Assembly (NCBI GenBank): GCA_002104905.1
Contig: MCFE01000556.1
Span: forward strand, 1-58,560
DNA: 58,560 nt
Source of the DNA: Basidiobolus meristosporus CBS 931.73
Taxonomy: Eukaryota; Fungi; Basidiobolomycota
Direction of reading: 5' to 3'
Shown here: piece by piece, positions 12,125-23,957 of the stretch
How positions within the stretch are numbered: the first letter of the stretch is position 1
Layout: each line of letters opens with the position of its first letter
Notes under the pieces: model-generated
Told to the model about the DNA's origin: nothing
The model's database searches: none
What the model saw: only the letters and a program-made list of their open reading frames with translations
Program-made: the position numbers and the translations under genes

Positions 12125-12841
12125 ATGAGATTCTTGACTTACATTCATGCAGCAATTCTGGCCCTGTCCGCTACAGCCTTACCTACTGACATCGGGGCAT
12201 CTAAGTTCAACCAAGACTCGAATGGGGATCTATACAAGAGGCTAAATGTCAATGATACTGTATTTTTGATGCTTGATCACCAGGCTGGCCTATTCTCGTT
12301 ATCCAGAGATTGGCAGCCCAACGAAATGAAAGCCAATGTACTAGGACTAGCCGAGGCCACTACGTTGCTGAACATTCCAGTTGTGCTTACCTCCAGTATT
12401 GAGGACGGACCCAACGGGCCGTTAATACCGGAGGTGAAGAGTCTGCTAAAAAACGCGGTCTATGTTCCTCGGCAGGGAGAAATCAACGCTTGGGATAATG
12501 CGGACGTTGTTAAAGCAGTCAAAGCAACTGGTAGAAAGCAAATCGTTATGGCAGGCATCGTCACGGATGTCTGTGTCGCGTTCCCGGCCCTCTCTGCAGT
12601 TCAGGAGGGATATGATGTGTATGCAGTTATCGATGCTTCGGGAACATTCAATGAAGGAGTTCGTGATATTTCCCTGGCACGAATGATTCAGGCCGGTGTT
12701 CAGCCTATGAACTTTTTCTCGACAGTGTGCGAATTGGCTCGTGACTGGAGAAACTTCCCCGACGGTAGCCTTGGTGAGCTTTTTGCCAAGTATGTTCCGG
12801 ATTACAAAAATTTGATGGTATCTTACTCGGCGAAGTCTTGA
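12125..12841 (+). CDS. Secreted YcaC-like cysteine hydrolase (isochorismatase superfamily), intronless
   Basis: Signal-peptide-like MRFLTYIHAAILALSATA; YKRLNVND..FLMLDHQAGL, GPNGPL, RQGEINAWDN, AGIVTDVCVAFPALS and ELARDWR match the YcaC pattern. Confidence 0.88.
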   Translation: MRFLTYIHAAILALSATALPTDIGASKFNQDSNGDLYKRLNVNDTVFLMLDHQAGLFSLSRDWQPNEMKANVLGLAEATTLLNIPVVLTSSIEDGPNGPLIPEVKSLLKNAVYVPRQGEINAWDNADVVKAVKATGRKQIVMAGIVTDVCVAFPALSAVQEGYDVYAVIDASGTFNEGVRDISLARMIQAGVQPMNFFSTVCELARDWRNFPDGSLGELFAKYVPDYKNLMVSYSAKS

Positions 12842-14302
12842 TCACTGTCAACACAGCAATTGTCTCTCAATAAAAACACGGTTGTACTTCAAGTCAACCA
12901 CAATGGTATTACAGATATGGGTATACTAGCAGACCAGTGCATGTCACGTAATTGGCCACAGGCTTTTCCCGCATCCATCTTGGACAGTACAAGCGGGAAT
13001 TTATTTGCACCGATAGTGCTTGTTTCACGGTATAGCGGCTCTATCAAGTCCCCTGGCAGGGGCGATGTTTGTCACCGCCTGCCCAGCATTATTGAACGGT
13101 TTGTGTAACCAATCTATATATCACCTTACCCGGTGACTGCATATCCTGTTATCACTTACAACATGCGTAAGTTTAATGCTAAGCCACAGCCTCGAAAATT
13201 CTGAAAGGATTCCTGGTGTCTTGTGGAGAACCCCGGTGCATCTCGATGATATCCAGCAGTGGTTAGATGTATCAGAAAACCAGTGACAACAACGAAAAAG
13301 CATGCAGCAGGGGGGTTGAATCAACGAAGTGTAGGGCCAAAGTGCCTTTGTACCGGAGATCGTGCTATGAATTGGCTACACTTGTCATGGTTTTGAATGC
13401 ACGTGAGTATCTACAACCAATACAAATAAACGTAAGTATCTACAGCCAATACCGCTGGATAATTTAATCACCACTTGAAGGCCTACGAAATCCAGATCGA
13501 TCAGAAGGGACATGCCCTCATTGGGTATCCTGTTAAACTATTCCGACGAGTCACAGCTCTCAGGAGCACCTGGATTTGTGACAGTGTCGATAATAGCACA
13601 TGGTAAACAAAGCTTATATCCTTAGCGAACTACTATATATATACATACAGAGGTCAAGCATTTGTAATACATTCGGATGAGGATTCACGGGAGCTGACTA
13701 TTAGAAAGGTATCGATATTTATATGAGGTTCATTGGTGGGTAGGCCACCACTAAAGAGTAGCCTTGGCATGCACATATACCTACACACCTTCCATAAAGT
13801 ATGTATAGCATCTTGGTTTCATCCTTTACAAACTATACCAGATCTACTAGGATAAGCTTGATCAGCATAGGGTTGTGATATGCTTGGCACCCTGTATCCC
13901 AAGAAAATATTTAATCTGACACGGATGGTATTGTGTCAGACGATATTAAAAAGCTCTTTACATTCGAATTGTATGATGGTGTTTGCCGTGAGCGTAAACG
14001 TGCAATCGTATCCATGGGATGCTGTTATTTGGATCATTCTTGGTAGTTTGAGTTTGGATCACCACACTTCCATATGCATATCACCAAGAATAACCTCCCA
14101 CTATTACTATTGGCAATCAATGGTTAGTTATTCGAATGGTGCTTAGAGCATGGTTATCAGAGATTCAGGGGTCAAGAAGTTCGCATCGCTGTCAAGTATC
14201 AATATTGATATATTAGGTTTCTATTTGACATGAAACTTCATATGTGGGTGACCTCATACCACCGCTTCAGTTTTAAGTATTTACAAAGAGTCTATTACTG
14301 AG

Positions 14303-14850
14303 CTAAGCCCAACGGCCGATCAAAGCCATCGCGCCTGCACCTAATCACATAGCCACGTAGTATGCGGATTTGGCTATACCCGGTTGGCTTGTAAACTTGG
14401 TGCTATTGCGAAAATCAATGGCAATCAGATCTACAAATGCGATGTAGATCAAGATCCCTGCCGAGATCGCGTCAGATACTACGATGACCGATAGACTGGT
14501 GACTGTGTGTACCCACCCCGATGGCGATCCCGGTGGGCGTGATGAGGCTGTAGAAAAGTGCGGCAAGATTCTTGTAAGAGAGCTCCCCAATCTTCACCCC
14601 AAGTGCAATCCTTTGAAAGAACTGATGGAATACTATCGCTGCGAGTAGTGAGGCGAATCTGGATCCTGAAGCGACGTTGAGTGAGAGGCCGATAACTATG
14701 GAGTGAGTGGCAATACCGAACTCAAGCATGTATGCGGCGGTCCTCTAAGTGTAGCACCCCTGTGGCATATGTGTCACTCCAAGACCACTGATAATCATGA
14801 TGATAAAGATCGCAGCTAAGCGATGTGGAATGGCAAGTCGTAGCTGATAA
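14303..14850 (-). pseudogene. ZIP (Zrt1-like) zinc transporter pseudogene with internal deletion
   Basis: YDLPFHI..AIFIIMIISGLGV (TM1) is joined almost directly to AYMLEFGIATHSIVIG..FHQFF..ALG..LITPTGIAIG, then a frameshift to DAISAGILIYIAFVDLIA and the ending AM*LGAGAMALIGRWA*. Confidence 0.85.
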
Positions 14851-15489
14851 ATGCATCCGCACTACAAACCCTATCTTTATGGTCTTGATGGTGGGCAGAG
14901 GCTAAAAAGACTTGTGTTAGTCATCAAATGAATGTCAAACCAAGCCTCAGTTACCAACCAGCTGAATGGGAATGGTGCTCATTGCGTGCCTAGCTTCAAA
15001 GTACAGAAATAGGAAGCCTTCTTACTCTCAGTGCTGGCGTGCTTCTTTGTTGGGGGCATTTGACTTCACTTCAACAAGTGCACGTCCCTCAATGCAGCCA
15101 ATTCCACTCTCTAGCTCACATAATATTCACCTATGGTGCACTAGAGAACAGGCGCACTCACTATGCTACATCACACATTACTTATACGCTGCGAAGTGTT
15201 ACATCTATTTGATACTGGGCTATTGTAAGAATATTGGGTATACTACAGCTAGTTTAGATGGCCAGGGATATTGCATATTACTCAACAACCTTTTTAGTGA
15301 GCTCAGCTAAGTACTTTCTACTTTTAGGGGGGCATCACAGAGTCAAGGATAGTAGCGTTTGGTTTCAGGTGAAGCTTGAGAAAGTGGCGTGGAAGTCTAG
15401 CAGTCTTTAAAACATCTTGAAAGGCCCCAACAGCCTACTGGCCTTCACTGTTCCAAAAACTTGCAAACTTCTCATAGTCAAAAGAGTGC

Positions 15490-16063
15490 TTGGGATAATG
15501 TAGGTGGCTGAGCAAAACAGTAGCTTATGTGGTATTCACTTTATGATTTACTGGATGTAAAAGTGCTTATTTTAGTGGGATATTATGAGGCTTTACTGTC
15601 ACATTAGTATGTTAACTCATTTGCAGGACTATTTTAAGCCAACATGCAAATTGGCAAAAAAGGGATTTAGTGGTGCTAACAGAAGGGATATTGTGTTGAA
15701 GATGTTTTGGCAATAATTTATGTGATTTTAGGAGCATGTAGATTATACAGGGTTTTCTTAATGACATATTGAATGTAAAAGGAATATTTATACTTACCTG
15801 AGTCTTTGAAGAATAAACAAATGGAGTATGCTGGGTACCTGATGTTTTGGCTAAAGTTGTCTCATTGAGACCTAATAAAAGATCTGGCCACAATTTGCTA
15901 GCATTTGTATCCAGAACAAGAGATATCCCAAAGCTGCCCCAATTACTTAAACCTTGTACACTTGCTCTTGGGTCCTTTCTATGCATACTCCACATGTTTA
16001 TTTGCCAAGACCAGGCTAAAGCACAAATACCACACTTGCACTTAATACATGATTAAATACAGC
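15490..16063. repeat. Jumble of degenerate copia-family LTR fragments in both orientations
   Basis: Segments resemble the 54713-55061 LTR, e.g. TTGAATGTAAAAGGAATATTTATACTTACCTG at about 15770 and CCAAGACCAGG at about 16005. Confidence 0.55.
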
Positions 16064-17565
16064 TGTTGTAAGAGTTTTGAAGATACTGGAAGCAATTTGG
16101 TCAAGTATATTTTTGGTTTCACTCAATCATATATTGCTTGTCATAGGTATGCTTAGACTTCACATGGCCTTGCAAGAGTAAACACATTGAATGAGCTTGA
16201 GAAGATCCCAATAACATGTGTGCAAAGTACAGGTCATTTGGACAACTTTAAGAAATTTCATGTTCTAGGTACCTGATAGTTTGGTGAAAATATTGCAAGC
16301 AAGTTCCAACAAGGAACTTGGTTGAAGTTCTCTAAGATTTTTAGATTTTCTGCTTAGTGACTGAGTTGGACAAATGTTCAAGTGCAATTACAGACCTACA
16401 ACAGTCCCACTCAATTATATACTCATATCAATCAGTCCTAACTGTGAAGAATAACATTCAAATATACTTCTACCTAATGGTTTGATAAGTAGACCTGTTC
16501 TGTTAGATAATGCAATATTGAGCCATGAGTGTTAAATAATTCCATAGCAAGCCAGAGAGAGAGTTGTTATTTGGCACTCATGGCTCAATATGGTACTATC
16601 CAGCAGAATAAGTCTGGTATGTCTGCAACTGTTTCCTTTGGGTCAGAGAACTATGCTCCTTACATTACTCTCCATAGCTTTATGTATGAGATTATGTCCA
16701 ATATCTATATGCTATGTACAGGTCTATCATCCTGATTACGCTGGCCAACAACTCCCAAAGAAAATGTGATATCTGGATGTGTTCCTAGCATGATATATAT
16801 CAAACTACCAGTCATAGATTTGTGGGGAAGTTTAGGCTTTCAGACAGCACCAAGCTCTGTTGATTTGGCTGAGTTTCAATCAAGTTGAGGTTTGTATCTA
16901 TCACAGTAGCTGTTTGTCAACAGTTTTTCATTTGGTACTTCTTAGGTATATCCTGAATGAACTTGGATTGGCTTGAGACTATGCTCTGGGTACTTCTCTC
17001 TATGAAAACTGCATCCCTCAGCAGTAACTGAGCTCTCCCAGATTAGACATTTCAGCTCTTTAGATAAACTGGACTTGGTCTCTTCCAATGTTTTTGGCTA
17101 TTGGTGGCTATAAGATTGTCTATATGTAGAGCTAATAGAACTGAACTTGCTCTATGACATAAAGTGGATAACATAGTTCTCTGTACTTCTTTGGAAATTT
17201 AGGGATACCAAACAAGAATCTATCTGTCAATTCCCGGCTCTGGGTAATTGCTTGAGACCATATAGAATTTTTTAGGCTTGTCAGCCAAATGGGGACTGTC
17301 TTGGTCAGCAAGCCCATTAGGCTAGTTAATATACACAACTACATAGAATTCCTCATTCAAAAATGCAGCTATTATATCTACTATTAATAAAAAACTTATA
17401 TTTGGCTGCAGTAGCCAAAATTAGTCTGATGGAATTAAATCTGTCTAATGGTACAAAGGTTTCAGTGAAGTCTAGTCCCTTGATCTGAGAGCACCCTTTG
17501 GCCTCAAATCTTGCTTGGTATCTTTTAATTTCACTAACAGCCTTCTGTTCTGTCTTGAAGACCAA
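16064..17565 (-). mobile_element. Ty1/copia relic: 3' LTR (16064-16403), PPT and degraded RNaseH/RT, 5'-truncated
   Basis: TGTTGTAAGAG...CTACAACA LTR homologous to 54713-55061; AGTGGGAC polypurine tract; RYQARFEAKGCSQIKGLDFTETF copia RT motif at 17353-17565. Confidence 0.85.
16491..16615. mobile_element. 125-bp internally deleted derivative (MITE-like) of the foldback element at 27396-28127
   Basis: Termini AGACCTGTTCTGTTAG...CCAGCAGAATAAGTCT; flanks AGT/GGT; the host copia sequence carries 3 extra bp compared with the copy at about 55130-55150. Confidence 0.75.
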
Positions 17566-18576
17566 TCAATATTCAATTGATTTGGAAGCTAGAGATACTA
17601 AAGATAGAGGATATCTGTTGGAGTAAAGGCTTTCCACTAGGAGCAGTGCATTTCCTTTCAACAGTATCCCTATACTGATGACCAAGTTGTACATGGGGCA
17701 CTTCAAGTTCAATGAGCCCTTCAAGATACTGGAGACACTTGAAAGAATTGGCAAGATATTGTAGAGTATCCACTACCCTAAGTACTTCTCACAGGCCCGA
17801 ATTAATATTCATATGCATATGTAACAATACAAATGCAAAGACTGAATGAACTGGATATGTATTTATACAAGTGAAGTTCTGAAGCCATTCCTACCAAGAG
17901 TACATTGGAAGCATTGGGAGCCATATGTGGACATTGTAGGAATATTTATCCAGAAGCAGATCACTAATGCCAACTTGACACATCTACAGCTGTTGTGTGT
18001 AAAGTTTGTGACAGTATTTGAGCAGTTATACTACAACCATAAAGCTGAATGTGTAGATCTCTGCTGCTACTGTATCCATTCTCTACTCCATCTTGAATGG
18101 TGTGTGGAGAATATTGGGCCTTGCTTCACCTTTTGGGAGTTTCCTATGGAGTGGATGTGTGGGGAGATAGGAAGACAAGTCAAGTTGCAGATACTACCAT
18201 ATCCTAATCTCATCAAGAATATTACCTTCAAGTCCATCATGGATGTGATGAGTTGGCACATGGAGGACAGCCAGGAAGAGTTGGAAAATACTGAGGACAA
18301 ATGTGCTCATGGAGACACCTATGCCTATGGCATTAAGAAGCTAGGCAGCCCCAATGTGTGGGTAATCAGTTAAGTAATGCAAAGTGGGTTGGGTGTAACT
18401 AGCAACTAATTTTGATCAGGAAAACTCTACCAAGGTATGCCAGATTTCTCATGGTCACAAGCCAACTTATACACCATTCAATACGGAAATCACACAAACA
18501 AAAGCCAGAGCACCTATAAGAGGGAATAGAATCCAGCAGGGAGAAAGGATATATTGGCTAAATACCAAGAAGTTCT
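17566..18576 (+). pseudogene. CACTA/EnSpm-like (Tnp2/DUF4218-type) DNA transposase relic, left part
   Basis: NWICIYTSEVLKPFLP..HW..FVTVFEQLYY..CIHSLLHL..IGPCFTFWEFPMEWMCGEIGRQVK..PYPNL matches the fungal H.LLH..GP..W.FPMER.CG..PY.NL pattern; stops and frameshifts upstream. Confidence 0.7.
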
Positions 18577-19097
18577 TGTCATGATCACATGACAGCCATG
18601 AACACCCATGCCAAGTTTCAGCTCCCTAGCTCAATTTCTAAGAGATTCCTTCTGGAACCTTCTACCACCTTCCAGAAAGTTCCTGACCATTCCAAATCAT
18701 TGTTACACAATGGAACATTCCATGGAAGCTTTCCATCGTATTTTTCATAGTCCAGTACCATATATGGAAATACCAGGTCACATGACTTAGTCACATGATC
18801 AGGTGACCCAATCCACCTCCCCATCCTGTCTCAGTGCCGTGTCATCTATGTCAATATCCCCAGCACCACTGCTGTGCCTCACCCCACAACCCCATTAGTA
18901 TTAGCTAATATCTCTTGGTATCAGTATAGCCAAAAAGTATATATAGTCCTATCCCCCCTTAAGTATTCCTCAGTCTGATAAACACAGGTCTTGAATAAAC
19001 AGCCTTGCCTTGAATCCTGCCTTGCCTTGATGGTCCACACCTAAGTCCTGTCCTGCCGTGCCTAGCTTTTCCTCCTGCCTTGTGTCTATTCATAACA
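18577..19097 (+). repeat. 5' LTR (521 bp)
   Basis: Identical to 23958-24478 except 18595 G/23976 A and 18919 T/24300 C (manual comparison); TATATATA at 18938-18945; AATAAA at 18994-18999. Confidence 0.98.
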
Positions 19098-19111
19098 GTT
19101 TTATCAGACTG
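19098..19111 (+). promoter_or_regulatory. Primer-binding site complementary to the element's own LTR (self-priming type)
   Basis: TTTATCAGACTG (19100-19111) is the exact reverse complement of CAGTCTGATAAA (18971-18982); no TGG tRNA-type PBS follows the LTR. Confidence 0.7.
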
Positions 19112-19503
19112 TCCTGACTTACCTGTGGATCCCTGCCTTCTGCCCAAAGTTTGAAGAAAACTTGTAAAAGGAATACTCACCGTAAGTATCACCCATCATC
19201 TTTCCCTAGTCTTGTCCTATAAAGGCAAAGATACTTTATCTTTGTAAAACTATTGGTCAAAGCTGCATTCACTTTATTACCCTGCTGGTGGAGTTTACAG
19301 TTGTTACAGTATTGGAAGCTTTAGTACAATACTCTATCAAAGGACGTTGAAACCAGTACCTTCTGAAGTGACGCTAACTTACTTAAGTTGGGGATTGTGG
19401 CTCAATAGTTGTATTCTTGACATACTAGTGGCTTTACAAACCCACAATCTAGTTTAGTATATTCCAGTATTCCTTGCAAGTTCATCCGCCTTCCTCTGCT
19501 ACC

Positions 19504-20436
19504 ATGTCCAACCTAGAGCTGAACTTTGCCCAGCTCATGGCTGCCTTTACCCAACTGCAGCAAGACCATGCAGACCTCAGAAACACTCTTGCTCAGTTCC
19601 AGAACCAAAGTGTCCAGCAAACTAGCCATGTCCCAGTCTACCAAGAACCCAAGTATACTCCTGCTACCAAGTTCAATGGCTCTCAGAATGAATTCCGTGG
19701 CTTCATCAACATGGTGAAGAACAATCTTGCACTCCAGCCCAACCGGTACCCCACTGACCAGGCCAAAGTTGGTTTCATCTCTAACCTGCTTACTGGTACA
19801 GCTCTCAAGTGGTTCTCCCCATTAGTGGAGACCAACTCTCCCCTCCTCAGAGACTACCAAGCTTTCCTCACTGAAATGGAGCTAACATTTGGTAACCTTG
19901 ACCAAGCCAGAACTGCTGCCAACAAGATCAAGACCCTCAAACAAGGGAACAAACCAGCATCAGTCTATGCCTCAGAATTCCGACAACTCTCCAGTGACCT
20001 CAGCTCCTGGGGTCAAGCAGCCATGATAAGCCAATTCCAAGATGGCCTTAATGATGAGGTTTGTGATCTGCTACTCACACTCCCAGATCCAGATACATTG
20101 GTTGAAGCTATGCACCAAGCAATCCGGTGTGATAACAGACTATTCCAGAAGAAGCAAAAGAATCGTCAAAGACACATTCCTGTTGCAACCCCAGCTCCTC
20201 CTGCTCCCCAAGTCACTCCAGAAGATCCTATGCAGATTGATAGTGCCAAATACAAGAAACTATCAAAGAGTGAAAAGTCCAGACGTCAACAAGCCAACCT
20301 CTGTCTATACTGTGGCCAACCAGGTCACTTTGCCAAGTCCTGCCCCAACAAGAAGTCCAGCTTCAAGCTGATGCAGTCCTCCAGCAACCAACCTGATCCA
20401 GATCTGTCGGGAAACTCCAATGTCCAGTTGCACTGA
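19504..20436 (+). CDS. gag: Gypsy Gag with CCHC zinc knuckle
   Basis: [32 protein letters not shown] retrotransposon-gag region; [14 protein letters not shown]. Confidence 0.93.
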   Translation: MSNLELNFAQLMAAFTQLQQDHADLRNTLAQFQNQSVQQTSHVPVYQEPKYTPATKFNGSQNEFRGFINMVKNNLALQPNRYPTDQAKVGFISNLLTGTALKWFSPLVETNSPLLRDYQAFLTEMELTFGNLDQARTAANKIKTLKQGNKPASVYASEFRQLSSDLSSWGQAAMISQFQDGLNDEVCDLLLTLPDPDTLVEAMHQAIRCDNRLFQKKQKNRQRHIPVATPAPPAPQVTPEDPMQIDSAKYKKLSKSEKSRRQQANLCLYCGQPGHFAKSCPNKKSSFKLMQSSSNQPDPDLSGNSNVQLH

Positions 20437-20453
20437 CAGGCTTGCAACTGGAC
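20409..20453 (+). other. -1 programmed ribosomal frameshift signal
   Basis: G GGA AAC heptamer in the gag frame (20409-20415), 6-nt spacer, perfect 11-bp stem GTCCAGTTGCA (20422-20432)/TGCAACTGGAC (20443-20453). Confidence 0.85.
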
Positions 20454-23400
20454 CCACCCATGAAAATCCAGCATATCCAAGAATCTTCCTTTGCCACAAA
20501 ATCTATCCAGTCCTTGAGAATGCCTGTCAAAATCCAGATCCCTGACTCTGGTCCTGTCCCAGCCCTAGCTCTGATTGATTCCGGTGCTTCATCCTGTTTC
20601 ATTGACCAAGCCTTTGTCCAGAAGCACTCTATTCCTGTTACCTTGAAATCCTGTCCAGTCCAAGTAGAAGTTATTGATGGAAGATCACTCTCCTCTGGTG
20701 CCGTTACCCATGAAACATGCTTACTCCAGCTATCCAGTACTGCCCACCAAGAAAGAATTGCCTTCAACATCATCAACTCACCACACTATCCTATTGTGCT
20801 TGGAAGCTCATGGCTGAGCTACCACAATCCATGTATTGATTGGAAATCCAAGATCCTGTCATTCACCAGATCCCACCAAGTCAACTCCATGAAATCTCCA
20901 GACCCTGATAACCGTGAAAAGATGGTTGCCAACAGTTCAACAGCCCAAGATACCTTGCCAGCTGAAGGAGCTCCCTCAGCAACTATACCAGCCAAGTACC
21001 AAGAGTTTGCCCATGTCTTTGACAAGAAGAAAGCAGAACTCCTCCCTGACCATCGGCCTTATGACTGCCCTATTGACCTTGAAGATGGAAAAGTCCCTCT
21101 ATTTGGCCCAATATATAACCTCTCCCAGCCGGAGCTGAAAGAACTCCATGGTTATATTCAAGAAAACCTCCAGAAGGGTTTTATTCAGCACTCCAAATCA
21201 CCTGCTGGAGCCCCAATCCTCTTTGTCAAGAAGAAGGATGGCACCCTCAGAATGTGTGTGGACTACCGTGCTTTGAATAAGATCACAGTCAAGAACCGCT
21301 ACCCCCTGCCCCTGATCAACACACTGTTGGATCAGCTATCTGCTGCCCAAGTCTTCACCAAGATAGACTTGAGAGGAGCTTACAATCTTGTCAGAATCAA
21401 GCCTGGTGATGAATGGAAAACTGCCTTTCGCACAAGATATGGTCACTTTGAGTACAAAGTAATGCCATTTGGCCTCACCAATGCCCCTGCTGTGTTTCAA
21501 CACCTCATGAATGACATATTCCGTGAATACCTTGACCATTTTGTGGTAATCTACCTTGACAATATTCTCATATACTCCAAGAGCCAAGATGAACATGATG
21601 AACATGTCAAGAAAGTATTGAGAAAACTAGACTCTGCCAGTCTCTATGCCAAGTTAGAGAAGTGTGAATTTGACCAGAGAGAAGTGGAATTTCTTGGTTA
21701 CCTCATCAGCCCTGAGGGAACAAGAATGGACCCAAAGAAAGTTGACTCAGTCCAGTCCTGGAAAACTCCAAGCTCAGTCAAGGAAGTACAATCCTTCCTG
21801 GGATTTGCTAACTTCTATCGCAGGTTCATAGCCAACTACTCCAAGATAGTCACCCCTCTGACAAAGCTTACCCAGAAGAACACACCTTTTGCCTGGAATG
21901 AGGAGCAATCCAGCTCATTCAACCAACTCAAGAAATCTTTCCTGAAGGCCCCCCTGCTTGCCCACCCTGACCTTGAGAAGCAATTCATAGTGGAGACTGA
22001 TGCTTCTGATTTTGCCCTTGGTGCCATACTCTCCCAGTATGATGAGGATAATGTGTTGCACCCCATTGCATTCTACTCTCGGAAGTTTTCCCCTGCAGAG
22101 ATCAACTATGATATCTATGATAAGGAGTTGCTTGCCATCATTGTGGCCTTTGAGCAATGGAGACACTACCTGGATGGTGCAAAACACAAAATCAAAGTCT
22201 TCTGTGACCATAAGAACCTTGAGTACTTTGCAACTTCCAAAGTACTAAACCGGAGACAAGCCAGATGGTCACTCTTCCTGTCCAGCTTTGACTTTACTAT
22301 CACCTATAGACCTGGTGCAAAGCAAGGAAAGCCTGATGCCCTGTCCAGAAAAAAGGAATATGCCGTGGAAGAGGGAGATGATGCCTGTCAGCAAATGGAA
22401 CACCCACTGCTGAGCAAGAAACATTTTGAGATTCTTGCCACCCAGTCCTCAAGTCTTGTCATCCCTTCATTCCTAGTAAGGATATCAGAGTCCCAGGCCT
22501 CTGATATGACTTCCAGCAGCATCAAGAAATATCTGGAATCCCCAGTTGGGCCCCCTCCCAAGTTCCCAAACATCCAGAACCTGCATTTGGTAAACAATCT
22601 CATCTACCACAAGCAGCAGCTTTATGTCCCAGACCTTGCCACCCAGCTAGACATCATTAAGTCTCGGCATGATTCAATGGCTGCAGGCCACTTTGGTACT
22701 GCCAAAACCTTGAATGCCATCAAAAGAGATTTCTGGTGGCCTAGAATGATAACTCTTATCAAAGAGTACATTCTGACTTGTGATATTTGCAACCGTGCAA
22801 AACCAGCCAGACACCAGCCCTATGGACTTCTTCAACCCCTGCCTATCCCAGAACACCAATGGAGATCTATATCTATGGACTTCATTACTGACCTCCCTGA
22901 GTCATGTGGCTTCAATGCTATACTTGTAGTGGCTGACCGGCTGACCAAGATGGCTCACTTCATCCCTTGCTGTAAGAACACTGATGCAAAAGAAACTGCT
23001 GCTTTAGTCCTGAAGAATATTTTCCGCCTTCATGGTATTCCCAATGATATTGTGTCAGATAGAGGCCCACAGTTTGTGTCCAAGTTTTGGAAACACTTCA
23101 TGCAATACCTTGGTGTTCAAGTCAAGCTCTCTACTGCTTTCCATCCACAGTCTGATGGCCAGACTGAAAGAATCAACCAGATTCTAGAGCAATACCTCCG
23201 GTGCTATATCAATTACCAGCAAGACAATTGGGTTGATCTACTCCCTGTTGCTGAGTTTGCCTACAACAACTCAAGCCATAGTGCAACCGGTTTTACACCA
23301 TTCTATGCAAACTATGGATTCAACCCTCAGTTTGATATCCAGATTCCAACAAACCCAATGAGCCCACATGCGGCTGAACATGCCCAAGCAATCCAGGACA

Positions 23401-23957
23401 TCCAGAATACCATCAAGGAAGAACTATCCTTAGCTCAGGAAAGCTACAAGAAATTTGCCAATCTAAAACGGCATCTCAGCCCTGATCTTAATGAAGGAGA
23501 TTCTGTATGGTTGCTCAGAAGAAACATCAGCACCAACCGCCCTTGTGACAACTTGGATTTCAAGAAACTTGGTCCCTTCAAGATCAAGAAGAAGCTTAGC
23601 CCTATAGTATATCAGCTACAGTTACCAGCAAGTATGAAAATCCATGATACTTTCCATGTGTCCCTCCTGGAGCCATATTGTAGGAACACATTGCCAAACC
23701 GGCAAGTAGCAAAGCCCCAAGCCATCCAGGTTGACCAACATCAAGAATTTGAAGTTAAACAGATTCTAGACTCCAAGTATATCCGGTCAAAGCTGTACTA
23801 CTTAGTAGACTGGATTGGTTATGATCCAAGTGACCAAACATGGGAACCAGCTACCCATCTCACTAATTGTCAAGATCTAGTTACCCAGTTCCACCAACAA
23901 TATCCTGCAAAACCTGCCCCAAAGGGAAACAGAGCTTTGCCTGGAAGAGGAGAATAG
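20409..23957 (+). CDS. pol: Gypsy Pol (protease, RT, RNaseH, integrase, chromodomain) in the -1 frame relative to gag
   Basis: LIDSGA protease; [24 protein letters not shown]; ETDASD..DKELLAI..DHKNL; HHCC plus SMDFITD/SDRGPQF/DGQTER; C-terminal [22 protein letters not shown] chromodomain. Confidence 0.95.
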   Translation, partial: GKLQCPVALTGLQLDPPMKIQHIQESSFATKSIQSLRMPVKIQIPDSGPVPALALIDSGASSCFIDQAFVQKHSIPVTLKSCPVQVEVIDGRSLSSGAVTHETCLLQLSSTAHQERIAFNIINSPHYPIVLGSSWLSYHNPCIDWKSKILSFTRSHQVNSMKSPDPDNREKMVANSSTAQDTLPAEGAPSATIPAKYQEFAHVFDKKKAELLPDHRPYDCPIDLEDGKVPLFGPIYNLSQPELKELHGYIQENLQKGFIQHSKSPAGAPILFVKKKDGTLRMCVDYRALNKITVKNRYPLPLINTLLDQLSAAQVFTKIDLRGAYNLVRIKPGDEWKTAFRTRYGHFEYKVMPFGLTNAPAVFQHLMNDIFREYLDHFVVIYLDNILIYSKSQDEHDEHVKKVLRKLDSASLYAKLEKCEFDQREVEFLGYLISPEGTRMDPKKVDSVQSWKTPSSVKEVQSFLGFANFYRRFIANYSKIVTPLTKLTQKNTPFAWNEEQSSSFNQLKKSFLKAPLLAHPDLEKQFIVETDASDFALGAILSQYDEDNVLHPIAFYSRKFSPAEINYDIYDKELLAIIVAFEQWRHYLDGAKHKIKVFCDHKNLEYFATSKVLNRRQARWSLFLSSFDFTITYRPGAKQGKPDALSRKKEYAVEEGDDACQQMEHPLLSKKHFEILATQSSSLVIPSFLVRISESQASDMTSSSIKKYLESPVGPPPKFPNIQNLHLVNNLIYHKQQLYVPDLATQLDIIKSRHDSMAAGHFGTAKTLNAIKRDFWWPRMITLIKEYILTCDICNRAKPARHQPYGLLQPLPIPEHQWRSISMDFITDLPESCGFNAILVVADRLTKMAHFIPCCKNTDAKETAALVLKNIFRLHGIPNDIVSDRGPQFVSKFWKHFMQYLGVQVKLSTAFHPQSDGQTERINQILEQYLRCYINYQQDNWVDLLPVAEFAYNNSSHSATGFTPFYANYGFNPQFDIQIPTNPMSPHAAEHAQAIQDIQNTIKEELSLAQESYKKFANLKRHLSPDLNEGDSVWLLRRNISTNRPCDNLDFKKLGPFKIKKKLSPIVYQLQLPASMKIHDTFHVSLLEPYCRNTLPNRQVAKPQAIQVDQHQEFEVKQILDSKYIRSKLYYLVDWIGYDPSDQTWEPATHLTNCQDLVTQFHQQYPAKPAPKGNRALPGRGE

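Noticed and set aside
15310-15490. Minus-strand fragment DYEKFASFWNSEG..KTARLP
   Set aside because: May be TE-derived, but too short to classify
20409-20415. KR dipeptide in the YcaC-like protein (YKR at about 12232-12240) as a Kex2 site, and TTG 20442 as the pol start
   Set aside because: YKRL aligns with the conserved YxRL at the start of the YcaC domain; the pol start is better explained by the frameshift at these coordinates
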